From: Eledone cirrhosa
Taxonomy: Eukaryota
Direction: 5' to 3'
Assembly: GCA_964016885.1 (NCBI GenBank)
Contig: OZ024742.1
Span: 336,288,001 to 336,352,000 of the forward strand
Length of the DNA stretch: 64,000 nt
The translations under genes and the position numbers were made by a program. Shown one piece after another: positions 15,702 through 29,594 of this stretch; the first letter of the stretch is position 1, and each line of letters begins with the position of its first letter. Under the pieces are notes generated by a model. The model was not told the origin of the DNA. It saw only the letters and a list, made by a program, of their open reading frames with translations, and made no database searches.

Positions 15702-16253
15702 ATACATATGTGTATGTATATATATATATATATATACATTATGAAGAGAGAAGAAACATTTAGATATAATTAGTAATAAAATGTATCATACCTAAACTGT
15801 TCCTAAATTCCTCGACTACGTAGTTTCGTGGCATAAACAAAAACAATATATCAAAGATATAGAGTCCTTGCGAGGTCTGCCGACTTATCAAGAGGATACC
15901 TCATTTTACTAGTCCCAAGAACGCGTTTACACGACGTGAGAAAGAATCCCAAAAGGCGGAGGGGGAGATAGTCACGCGATATAACGGTCGAGAAACAGAG
16001 CTAAGCCTCTTATAACCACGAAGAAAATACCACGGAGGCGGAGGGGGTATTCATATCGAGGCCGCAGAAGAGGTAGATCGACTTAACATGGTTTCATTGC
16101 CAGGCATAGATAAACGATAAACACGTTGCAATGTTTTAATGAATGAACTCCTGCAGTATTAATCATCAATAATAACAAGACTAACCAGTCTTGTTCATAA
16201 ACAGATACGTTAATGGTACGAACAACATGGAAATATCAATAAGACTCATCGGA

Positions 16254-16658
16254 CCCTATTAATAATTGTTTCTACGTTTGGCACAAGGCCAGCAATTACC
16301 CAGTGTATTACTGGTACTTTATTTTATCGACCCCGTAAGGATGAAAGGCAAAGTTAACCTCGACGGGATTTGAACTCAGATCGTAAAGGGACGTAACTAT
16401 GCTGGAAAGCATGGCGTCCGACCTTCTACCGATACTGCCAAATCACCGCCCTATTAATAATTGTTTCTACTTTTGGCACAAGGCCAGCAATTACCCAGTG
16501 TATTACTGGTACTTTATTTTATCGACCCCGTAAGGATGAAAGGCAAAGTTAACCTCGGCGGGGTTTGAACTCAGATCATAAAGGGACGTAACTCTATGCT
16601 TCAAAGCATGGTGTCCGACTCTCTACCGATACTGCCAATCCACCGCCCTATTAATAAT
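16254..16658 (-). mobile_element. Tandem dimer of the tRNA-derived SINE
   Basis: Two full copies separated and flanked by CCCTATTAATAAT. Confidence 0.85.
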
Positions 16659-16806
16659 GGCGTCCTCCCTTACACATCCTTTTCATCGCTCCTCTCGTGT
16701 TATCAAAATGTTTCTCCAACGAGATGTTACGTTATGCTACAAAGACAAAGGTCGACCAGTACTCGAACGTTATATAGTCACAGTACTAACTAATCGACCG
16801 CACGCA

Positions 16807-16931
<125 letters not shown>

Positions 16932-17147
16932 GTGCGTGTGTGTCTTTATGCGGTCATGATGTATTCATGTACATATGTTTATGCGTGTGTGTGTGTGTTT
17001 ACATAAACTATAGGATTCTTTTCCTACTTTATCAAACATAAAACTTACATCGTGTTATTGCAAAATTGCAAAATATCACAACACGAATTAAGCTCTCAAA
17101 AGATTGGTTTTAAAATTAACAAGAGCTATTAATCAGTCAATAGAATT

Positions 17148-17196
<49 letters not shown>

Positions 17197-17285
17197 ATGT
17201 AAAAGGTAAACAGAAATAACAACACAATCGGTACAGTATATGGAAGGGATATAGTAGGTTAACGCTTGATATAGCAGGAAGAGGG

Positions 17286-17320
17286 TCTTAACGTTTCGCA
17301 CGCTAGTCCTTCATCAGAAG
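17286..17320 (-). ncRNA. Hammerhead core in a PLE-tail-like repeat
   Basis: Minus strand: CTTCTGATGAAGGACTAGCGTGCGAAACGTTAAG, with one mismatch in stem II. Confidence 0.55.
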
Positions 17321-17665
17321 AAAGAATGAAAAATAAGATAGATTGAGGGGACGGGCGGGATGGAATTGGAAAAAAATGTCTTTAGATAAAAATAACAGGT
17401 CCATCCATGTTGACATCTCTTTCAGTGTGTGTGTGTTCGTGTTTATATATATATATTCCTTCATCAGTTGTCTGGTGGGGGTCTCTCTCGGATATTTCTA
17501 CGCATTAAAGACAAGATATCTCACCCCAGTGCGTTCAATAACTAGGGTAAGTTATTGGCAAAACAAAGGAGGGAGAGAAAGAAAATATAGGATAACAGAA
17601 GGGAAAAGGGAAGACGCACGATCTCGAACTTATGTTCAGTAAATGACTTTAATTTTCTCTTTTCC

Positions 17666-17717
<52 letters not shown>

Positions 17718-17719
<2 letters not shown>

Positions 17720-17910
17720 AAAAAGTATGACCCCGACGGCAGAGCTCAAGCCGTTTCGACGGCTATTTCTGGACTCCAGAAATAGCCGTCGAAACGGCTT
17801 GAGCTCTGCCGTCGGGGTCATACCTTTTCCTATTTCCCACTCTTCTACCCTAAGTATTGAGTACTCTGGTGCGTTATGGTCCATTTGGTTCCTTACCACA
17901 ATTTCTTTGT
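17718..17910. mobile_element. Short non-coding fold-back repeat, family A
   Basis: Arms 17718-17773 and 17775-17830, then a unique tail to 17910. Inserted in (TA)n. Confidence 0.85.
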
Positions 17911-18121
17911 TATATATATATATACATATATATATATATTCATTCAGAATATTAACAAAAATAGAACTTCTTGTGATCAAGTATATTTTATTATACATAT
18001 TTCATAGGTACTGAGCTAACTTCAACAGTACGTCCTCATCAGATAAAATAAGATGATGCATGACACACCCTGACATAGTAGATGGTTAAGATCCAGTCAT
18101 TGAACCTTGTTTAACCTTTAA

Positions 18122-18178
<57 letters not shown>

Positions 18179-18996
18179 CGTGTGTGTGTGTGTGTGTGTG
18201 TGCGTGTGTGTGTGTGTGCGTGTGTGTGTGTAGCGGCAGTTGAGTTGATTGCTTGTTGTGATCATGTGGAAGCGTATGTAAAAGGTGATGTTTGGTCGGA
18301 CTGTTGTTCATTGTAGTGTGGCTGAATTTATAGTAGTAACTGTTGGCTTAATGGGTGTTCCGTGTGTTGCTCCTTCCCATATAAAGCGTTGTGTGAATAT
18401 CTGTGGCTTATGTCAAATTCATTGTGTTTGTGTCTAAGTGAGTCGAGATATGTGGCCACCATTGCCTATAGTTGAAAGTGAAGCTACCATTAGCAATATT
18501 CAATGAACAATAACAAACACTGCTACTTTAATAACTTTTATTGAGATATAACTTACGTCGAAGTTATTATGATAACACAGGAGAAACAACAAAGAGTCAA
18601 AGTGAGAATATGTATTATGTTTGTGTGATGGGTTCGGCGTGGATGTTGTAATAGTCTGAAAAGATGCATAGAACTAACCTTTGTTGGAATCAAATGTGAG
18701 TATGTTAGTCTCTGTTCGGTGGTCGAAAAGGCCGAAATGAGTATCTGTTGGCCACTACACCGTTCAGTGGTAGACTGCCGGGAATAGACTGTTTATGATA
18801 ATTCTGTTGTTGCATATATCCGTCAGAAAACTATTCTCCCTGACAGTTTGGCGGCGTGAGTACCCAAAACCAAGGAAGTAAAATACACCGGGTACAATTT
18901 AAAGGAAATCGCTTATTTATGTCGCCATAAGTGTATGTGACCGTATGGTTCGTTAACCGGAGGAACAATAGTTCAAATAACACTTTATAGATTTGC

Positions 18997-19046
<50 letters not shown>

Positions 19047-19049
<3 letters not shown>

Positions 19050-19251
19050 GTTCTATTTAAATTGTTGGGATACAACAAGCAAATATTTTTATAACTGATA
19101 TAAAGCACTCAACAAATTATTGGAGTAAAAATACGATATATTAACAAATGGAAACTATATTTATAAAACCATATTTATTTCATTATACATGAAATATGTA
19201 TAATGAAATAAATATGGTTTTATAAATATAGTTTCCATTTGTTAATATATC

Positions 19252-19254
<3 letters not shown>
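19047..19254. mobile_element. Fold-back PLE-tail insertion, family C (short)
   Basis: Arms 19132-19190 and 19196-19254, with the long arm extending to 19047. Inside (TA)n. Confidence 0.8.
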
Positions 19255-19308
<54 letters not shown>

Positions 19309-19309
19309 T

Positions 19310-20678
<1,369 letters not shown>

Positions 20679-20796
20679 GCTTGTGGTTGGCGGCTGAGAG
20701 AAAGGAGTATTCAGTACCGAAGTAAAGTTTTAATATTCATTTAAATAAGGAAGGATACACATACTCTCACTCACTCACACACACACACACACACAG

Positions 20797-21091
<295 letters not shown>

Positions 21092-21834
21092 TATATATCT
21101 TGTACAAATATATCTTTTATGCGTATGTATGTATATATATATCATTAAAATCTTTTATAACCTTTTGAATATTTTTATATACTTCTTTGTATATCTTTTA
21201 TATTGTGTTTGTGTATATATACATATTTATTTATTCACGTACATGTAAGCACCTGCATATGTGGATTTAGATATATGTATGTGTAGGTATGCTTGAGTGT
21301 AAGTATATATATTTATGTACATATGTAATTGCATGCATATGTATATTCCAACCACCACTTTATCTTGCCAAACCCACCAACATTTTCACTAACCCCCTAT
21401 ATACCCACTTCCGCAGTCTCATCTGCCTCCCACTGACCGGTTAAAATTCTAGGGCTATGTCCTCTACCACTCTTTATCGCCTTTTACTTTCACACAGCCC
21501 TATATCCCCACTGCCACTACCACCGTGTCCATCCTATCTTAATTTTCCATTCTCAATTAAATACCCACCCCACTTCAAGTGTTCCTTATTTATAATGTAC
21601 TGTTATTGAAACGTCAGTTCTTGTCTGATGACCTTGTAATAAACAGGCGATACTGAAGTGCAACAATACCCATTACTTAACCTTTACACACACACACATA
21701 TATATACAGGGAGTGTAAAGTGAAGTTACTGTAGGTTCACCCAGGTGAACACTCGATGTTTACATTCACGTCTGTAACGAGGTGTAGAGACGTAATGAAG
21801 ACAACAAATCGTCCATGTATTATTATCATATATA

Positions 21835-22022
21835 AGGGCGGTGGATTGGCAGTATCGGTAGAGGGTCGGACGCCATACTTTGACACATAGTGTTACGGCC
21901 CTTGCCATTCTGAGTTCAAATCCCGCCGAGGTTAACTTTGCCTTTCATCCTTACGGAGTCGATAAAATAAAGTACCAGTAATGCACTGGGTAATTGCTGG
22001 CCTTGTGCCAAAAGTAGAAACA
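21835..22022 (+). mobile_element. tRNA-derived SINE with target site duplication
   Basis: B-box GAGTTCAAATCC. TSD ATTATTATCATATATA. Confidence 0.85.
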
Positions 22023-22028
22023 ATTATT

Positions 22029-22073
<45 letters not shown>

Positions 22074-22078
<5 letters not shown>

Positions 22079-23778
22079 TATACCTGAAATTAGAAGTTTG
22101 GCCCCTCTTGCACTGTGGAACAATTCTTTCGCGGTGATTGATTGGTTCAACGGCATATCATGCAGAAACAACATCTGAATATTTCTACAAAGAACATACC
22201 CGTACCAAGCAGGAAAACATACCTAAAACTCCTGATACAGAAAACAGACGCGTTCATTAAAAGGTTGCGTTAGCGTGCCTTTTATTTCGATAATCCGCGA
22301 AAAGCAGACAACAAACAGGATAAATTTGGATTTAAAACCTATAATAACCCCCCGTGGAACCCAGCAAACCGCCAATAGTTTCAAGCAGCGTCTTTACATG
22401 CATACCCATTCTTTTTGTTACCCTCTAAGAAGGAATATGACGTCACTTTCAGCTTATATCTGGAGTCTAAAGACAACCACACCCAATATAAGTTACACTG
22501 GGAGACCCTAGCTAGGGCTAGATCGTATAACGGAAATAAAAGACCATGTGACCTCTGCGCTGCTGAGGCCCTGGAAATACTCTACGCCACAGACCACATC
22601 TTAAACAAAAAATCTGAGGCAATTTCGGCTTGTAAACATAAATTGCACAAAACTTTCCTGTATTACAGCCCCACGTTATACCCTAACGGATAGTACGATC
22701 TATACGTGGATATTTTACGTCTTGGTGTGGGAGCTAAGTATATGTTTTGTTTATTCCTTTACTTATTTGCATAGGTAAGTATATATTACCAGTATGTTTT
22801 GTGAAGGTACGTATACCTTCTCGTACGTATATTTGATGGTTATGGCGTATAATTTTATATATTCTGGTACATATGGTTTGGCTATGTGTATACGGGAGTT
22901 TTGAGTCTGTGTGAGTATGCAGGTTCGTACGTATGGTGGGTGTGTGTATATGCGTACTTCATGTTTTAGTTGACTTACGTCTCCGAACATTCGTGTATTT
23001 ATATGTAGGTATGTGTGTGCGCTTGTTATATACGTATTTATTTATATACGTTTATATAATTATTTATTTATCTGCATACACGCATACACATACACACATA
23101 TTTATATGTGCGTGGTCTTGTATACCTATGGTAAGTTTTCGCGTATGCTTGTGTATGTACGTATTTGTTTGCGTGTATGTATTTATTTATTTCTATTACT
23201 TCTGTATTGTATTTATTTACTTTGTTCTTAACTCTGTAGCAGAGATTCATTTCGTCTCCTAGTTAGAATTTTAGTCTACGACTTCTGCTATACAATTTAC
23301 GTGGTTGTGTCTTTGCATGCTATTGTTCTCCAAGCACCACATATGCCGTATTATCTTCGTTTTTTCGTTCATTGCCAGAGAACGTCTCTATGCACCACCT
23401 AAGAGAACATTAGTCTATGACCTCTTTTATACCATAAACGTGGTTCTGTCTTTCGCGTAATTGTTTTTCACCGCTCCTATTAATGACGTATTATTCGTTC
23501 TTTCCCGTTCTTTGCCAGCGAACGTTTCCACGAACCAAAGTATCGTCTTCCTGTCTTCCTCCGGTTGCAACGTTTTTTGAAATATCCAGTTCTGCGTTTA
23601 CAGATTGACTTTGTTAGCTTCAGAAGATCCCGTTAAGGGTGAACGCAGCGATTCTTTGCTTAAACTTTAATCTGTTATTTTAATAAATATTTGCTCTACG
23701 GTTCTTATATATTTGATATATATTTATCCTTATCGAGCCCTCTTTGGATTTTAGTCTTCAAATTTATTATTATTACTA
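22074..23778 (+). mobile_element. Internally deleted PLE of the same type (RT fragment, GIY-YIG C-terminus, long 3' tail)
   Basis: 22074-22178 reads IIPEIRSLAPLALWNNSFAVIDWFN (compare LTLWKGTGEVIEWFN in PLE-2). About 22370-22693 reads SFKQRLYMHTHSF..TSLSAYIWSLK, then frameshifts to CDLCAAE..LNKKSE..CKH. The tail end matches 33641-33789. Confidence 0.8.
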
Positions 23779-23799
23779 TTATTATTATTATTGTTATTG

Positions 23800-26700
23800 T
23801 TATTCCTTGAATCTCAGTCATTGATGTTGGTTAACTGGAAAGTCCGTTGGATTGAATATCAAGCCACTACCTGCAGCCTCAGATATTCAGGACGTATCGG
23901 AGGGTTCTTGCCGTTCCAAGCAAGCATGCCTTTTGAAGCGTTCCAAAAAGCGTGAAGGGGCCGATTTTCTTTAACCATCCCTGGAAACCTTTGGAGATAG
24001 TCCCCAGTGTGCCTATGACAATCGGGATCACTTTGACTTCATGGCAGTTCCAAATCCTTTTCACCTCCCACTTTAGGTCCTGGTATCGGTTAATTTTCTC
24101 CCTCTCCTTCTCTTGCACTCTCGTGTCGAACGGGCAGGCCACATCCACAATCAGGCACGATCTTTTTTCTTTGTCCACAACCACCAGGTCAGGTATATTG
24201 TGTTCCAGTTTTTTGTCCGTCTGTATCCTAAAATCCCACAGCACCTTCACCTGACTGTTCTCCATCACCGCCTCTGGCCTATGCTCATACCATTTCTCAG
24301 AATGTGGTAGATTGTTTACTTTGCACAGGTGCCAGTGGATCACCCTGCCCATCACATCGTGTCTCCAGCCCTTATAGTGGGTCTGGGCTAGGTGTTTACA
24401 CTCGGACACAATGTGAGCCACAGTCTCCTCTCTCTCTCCACAGATCCTGCACAGTGGGCTAGCCTCCTCCTTGTAGATATGGTGCTTCAACCACTTCGTT
24501 TTGAGGGCCTGCTCCTGCGCAGCCATTAGCATTCCTTCTGTAGCCTTTTTGAGGTCTCCTCTTCTCAACCAGTTCCATGTCTGTGGATCTCTAAATTCAG
24601 TTTTCTCAAAGAAGGTACTATGAAGGGATTTTCCCTTAAGGCTGCTCTTCCTCCTTGATGTTATTTCCTCCTTGGGTATCCCCTGGCCTACTGTCCCCTC
24701 CTTCAGTACAGCTCTGAGCATTGGCTCCTTACTATAGGTCACGTATTTGTATAGGTTGTTTTTCTCCATCTGAACACAGTCCTCTATGCTGATAAGACCT
24801 CTTCCACCCTCAGATCTCCTTAGGTAGAGTCTATCGACATCACTCCTCTTGTGGAACATGTTGTAGATAGTCAATAGCTTCCTAGTCTTCCTATCCATTT
24901 CTTTTTGTTCAGCAACATTCCATCTCAGAATTCCCGCACTGTACCTAATAATAGACACAGCTCGGGAATTTACTGCGCTTATGGCATTTCTGCTGTTCAG
25001 ATGTGACTTCAATACGCTCCTTACTCTCCGAATGTATTCAGTTCTTAACAATTCCTTCATTTTTTTGTTCTTTATGCCATCAGCCTCCAGAACGCCCAAA
25101 TACTTGTATCCTTCCTCAGAGTCAATTTCCTTTATCATCTCACCTGTTGGTATCTGGATCCCGTTACTTCTGCTCAACCTACCCCTCCTCATCACAATGA
25201 CTCCACATTTACCAATACCAAACTGCATACATATATCACTGCTGAAAATACGGACAGTGTCAACAAGCACATCCAACTCCTTCTCACTTTTCCCGAAGAG
25301 CTTAAGATCGTCCATGAAGAGGAGGTGATTGATGGTAAGCTCTCCCCTTCCCAACTTGTATCCTGCTCTCACTTTTCGCAGCATAATGGTCAAGGGCATC
25401 AGGGCAAGGACAAACAACAGAGGGGACAGGCTATCTCCCTGGAAGATACCTCTCTTGATCTTCACGCTTCCCAAGGATACTCCAGTTGATGTCAACTCTG
25501 TCTCCCAGGACCCCATACTCCTGCCCAGCAACTGTCTGATGTTATCTGCCACCCTGAAGATCTCCAGGCTTTTGTGGATCCAGGAATGAGGCACCATGTC
25601 AAATGCCTTTCTGTAGTCTATCCATCCCATGGCAAGATCAGTGTGTCTCCTCCTGCAATTCCCCATTACCATCTTATCAATAAGCAACTGGTCCTTTGTA
25701 CCACGTGACTTCTTTCGGCATCCTTTCTGTTCGTCCGGCAACAAGTTGTTTGTGTGGAGGTGATGGTAGATTTCCTCAGACACAATGCTCGTCAACAGTT
25801 TCCACATTACGGGCAGACATGTGATAGGTCTATAGTTGGTAACATCATTACCCTTGATTCGGTCTTTCATTATCAGAACTGTGGTACCTTTTGTCAACCA
25901 CTCTGGCACCTCACCCGACACCAAGCAGTCATTGAACATGGCCGTCAGCTTCGGGTGGAGGGATGTTAAATGTTTAATCCAATACCCCTGCACACCATCT
26001 GGGCCTGGTGATTTCCAGTTGGTTAGTTTTTTGGCTTGCCCCTTAAGAGTTTCAACTGTGATACTCAAATCAGTCTGTTGCTGTGCCTGCTCACCGATCT
26101 CCCTCTGTACTGTCTCAATCCACCCTGCCTGGGCATTGTGTCTAACATCCTGCTCCCATATTCCTCTCCAGAATGTTTTAGCTTGTTCCGCCCCAGGGAT
26201 CAAGTCGGTGCCTCTTTCTTTCCCCTCAAGCTGTCCAAACAGCATCTTCTGGTTGTTGTCGAACATGCGGTTCTGTTTATACTGACTGACTCTGTTCTCG
26301 TATCGCCTGATTTTGGCACTCTTTGCTACAATGCGTTGCTTCAATTCCTCTATGATAATATTTAGCTTTTTACTCCTAGTTTTGTATTTTATTTCCAGTC
26401 TATTTTTAGTGCCTATGTTTTTTAGTGTCCCATTCAGTAGTGACTCAAGCTTTCCTATGTCATTTCTCATTTCCCCGATTTGCCCACTCAGTCGCTTCTT
26501 CCACCACGGCTCTGCTCTTTCTTGTCTGTTGTTTCCTCTCGCTTTTATACCAAGTAGTTTCCTCACCGTATTTGCTGTTGCTTTGAGGATATTGTTGCAC
26601 TGGTGAAGACTCCTCGCCTCAAGGTATGGGATGACTTTGTTTACCTTAGCTGTTGTTTCTTTTAACTTTTTCCTGTCTACAAATCTTAGGTTCATAGGTC

Positions 26701-26810
26701 TCCCACTATCATTGTTCAACTCATCTACCACTAAATTTAGGATGTCAACCGAATCTTGTCCTAGCCCGTCAGCATTCATCTCCTCAGTGGCCGTATCTCT
26801 GTTCCAGGTA
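23800..26810 (-). mobile_element. R4/Dong-clade non-LTR retrotransposon (restriction-like endonuclease type), 5'-truncated, inserted in (TAA)n
   Basis: Single long ORF, short 3' UTR, and (TAA)n tracts on both sides (23763-23804 and 26809-26889). Dong elements are established (TAA)n-targeting retrotransposons. Confidence 0.85.
23879..26779 (-). CDS. Reverse transcriptase + CCHC zinc knuckle + PD-(D/E)xK restriction-like endonuclease
   Basis: 966 aa with no stops. Motifs: WKSPGPDG, NYRPITCL, IDYRKAFDMVPH, RGIFQGDSLSPLLF, LFMDD, YKYLG, CRIC..ETVAHIVSEC, RHD, PDLV..IVDV. The frame stays open upstream of the listed Met to the junction. Confidence 0.95.
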   Translation of the reverse strand: MNADGLGQDSVDILNLVVDELNNDSGRPMNLRFVDRKKLKETTAKVNKVIPYLEARSLHQCNNILKATANTVRKLLGIKARGNNRQERAEPWWKKRLSGQIGEMRNDIGKLESLLNGTLKNIGTKNRLEIKYKTRSKKLNIIIEELKQRIVAKSAKIRRYENRVSQYKQNRMFDNNQKMLFGQLEGKERGTDLIPGAEQAKTFWRGIWEQDVRHNAQAGWIETVQREIGEQAQQQTDLSITVETLKGQAKKLTNWKSPGPDGVQGYWIKHLTSLHPKLTAMFNDCLVSGEVPEWLTKGTTVLIMKDRIKGNDVTNYRPITCLPVMWKLLTSIVSEEIYHHLHTNNLLPDEQKGCRKKSRGTKDQLLIDKMVMGNCRRRHTDLAMGWIDYRKAFDMVPHSWIHKSLEIFRVADNIRQLLGRSMGSWETELTSTGVSLGSVKIKRGIFQGDSLSPLLFVLALMPLTIMLRKVRAGYKLGRGELTINHLLFMDDLKLFGKSEKELDVLVDTVRIFSSDICMQFGIGKCGVIVMRRGRLSRSNGIQIPTGEMIKEIDSEEGYKYLGVLEADGIKNKKMKELLRTEYIRRVRSVLKSHLNSRNAISAVNSRAVSIIRYSAGILRWNVAEQKEMDRKTRKLLTIYNMFHKRSDVDRLYLRRSEGGRGLISIEDCVQMEKNNLYKYVTYSKEPMLRAVLKEGTVGQGIPKEEITSRRKSSLKGKSLHSTFFEKTEFRDPQTWNWLRRGDLKKATEGMLMAAQEQALKTKWLKHHIYKEEASPLCRICGEREETVAHIVSECKHLAQTHYKGWRHDVMGRVIHWHLCKVNNLPHSEKWYEHRPEAVMENSQVKVLWDFRIQTDKKLEHNIPDLVVVDKEKRSCLIVDVACPFDTRVQEKEREKINRYQDLKWEVKRIWNCHEVKVIPIVIGTLGTISKGFQGWLKKIGPFTLFGTLQKACLLGTARTLRYVLNI

Positions 26811-26822
26811 TTATTATTCCAC

Positions 26823-26947
<125 letters not shown>

Positions 26948-27198
26948 TAATAAAAGATCGGAGGCCATATTCAGTTGATTCAGGCTTATTTAAAACTCCG
27001 TTATGCATATTTCTAATATGAGGACTATCAGTTAAGATAGCCTGAGCTCTTCAGCCGGCAAAACCTAAAATAAACATTCAAAGTTCGTAATAAACCTTTG
27101 AATTTGGAAAAATCCAATAATATCCACGAAAAAGATTTTCTTTTCATGACACAGGGAGCCGACCGAACGCGTGATGTTGATTCTTCGACGGCCGGCTT

Positions 27199-27266
<68 letters not shown>

Positions 27267-27888
27267 TTTACGAAAGTCACCGAATTTATTTCAGCGATCT
27301 CCGGCCCCTACCCACTCACGCAAGAGAGAAAATTCAAATTATCATTCAGTGAGCACACAATAGTTAATTAGGGAGTAAGATGGTAATAATACTTCGTATC
27401 AATTTACTGGACGGATCTCGTTTCTGCACAGTATTCTGTCTATAACAGTTATTAAAAGTGTTACATGCAGAGAATTGCCTAATACCAGTAGACGCTACGC
27501 AATCTGGGCTGTTGCGCCTACTCAGCAGGATTCTCATCTCAATATTTTCGATGTTATACTGAAGGCAATTGCACAGGCTACCAGCTTCCCGAATGAAGCA
27601 GTTCAATGCTGTCATGACATGTGACCTCCAATATATATATTTATAGGTTAGCGAAGTCAGAGGAATCATATACATTATAGCCCGAGCTGCTCTCATTGCG
27701 CACTCAATGAGACAACATTTGAACGTAGGAACACGCCAAAACTGTACCCAGAGTGTACACAATGCGTTACTCGTAGTGGACACAAATGCACGTAGAATAT
27801 GGTAAATTTATACCATCTGCCCCAGACCAAAATATTTTAGGTTTCTGCGACTATAGACTGATCTGAGACGCGCCTCTGCACTCGTCCA

Positions 27889-28023
<135 letters not shown>

Positions 28024-28575
28024 CATACTTAGACAAACATATACATGCATATGTATGTGCGTGTGGCTACGTATATCTACATAATATTTTAGACAATCAA
28101 ATATCTTACAGCTATTCTTCTTATAAGATTAGTGTACTAAAGAAGAAACAAATCTTATTATTGTTCTTAAACTGGAAAACCGTCCTATTTGCTTTGGCTG
28201 CTAATACGAAATGGTTATTTGCTTATTGTATTAGCCTGCCAGCATTAAAAAATAATGGTCGAAGCAGGCTATAAGGTGCATTTGTTATTTATTTAATATA
28301 ACATACTTGTAATTTTTAGTGATAAGATATGTTGTTGTTTCAACTATATTATTGCGTTGGTTGTTTGTCCTTACTATAAATAACTCCGGCTGAATTTATA
28401 TATAAATCTGTGTCCGGGGATTTGAGGATTTTCCGATATATTTTTAGAATGAAATATATGGCGAATTTAGACGCCGGCAAATACTGTTTTTTTTCCTCTC
28501 CCTGACTACACCTACAATGACGTGTGTGTGCGTGCGCATAGATATATGTATATATATATGTGTGTGTATATATAA

Positions 28576-28624
<49 letters not shown>

Positions 28625-28626
28625 CA

Positions 28627-28723
<97 letters not shown>

Positions 28724-28751
28724 TATATATATATATATACAGTATATAGAT

Positions 28752-28945
28752 AACGAAGGAAGTGTGGTAAGGAACCAGATGGACCATAACGCACCAGAGT
28801 ACTCAATACTTAGGGTAAAAGAGTGGGTAATAGAAAAAATGATTAACCCCGACGGTAGAGGTCAAGCCGTTTTGACGGCTATTTCTGAGTCCAGAGATAG
28901 TCGTCGAAACAGCTTGAGCTCTGCCGTCGGGGTTGACCATTTTCC
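28752..28945. mobile_element. Family A fold-back repeat
   Basis: Same sequence as 17718-17910 in the opposite orientation, inside (TA)n. Confidence 0.85.
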
Positions 28946-28977
<32 letters not shown>

Positions 28978-29594
28978 GATCCGAAGGCATGGTATAAATT
29001 TCCAATCATTTTAATCACGTCACATGTTTCAATAAGAGATAGATCGATCGTGTAGCCATGATCGATTATCACTGTTCTCGTCAGGTGAAAATGAATTGTC
29101 TTCAAATCCTTGATATGAGGGAGAAAATTAACGGTGTTCACTCACAGAGTTTAGTCCACCATATGAAGATCAAGCAGTCAAAACACGCCGACTGCTATCG
29201 TCTTCAGTTAGGGTCATAAAACTATCAAGTCTCTATCTCTCAATAGCTGTACATCAAATCTGTAGATTTATAGTGGGTCACAGTTGATGTGAGTGGGTAC
29301 AAACACACTCACACACACCGACGTGAGGTCAAAGAAAAAATATATACATATACCAACATAGCATCAAATCTGTAGAACTACAGACGGTCACAGTTAGTGT
29401 GATTGAGTACACACACACTCACACACACCGACACGAGGTCAAAGAAAAAATATAAATATACCAACATAGTATTCACCGAAAGTTAGTTTACAAACCAACA
29501 AATGTTATATTGGTCAAATCTCAATTTGACGATGTAAATTGGAAAAATTGGGTCAACCGCAACCCTATACACACGCAAATAAGTTCAGTTCAAA

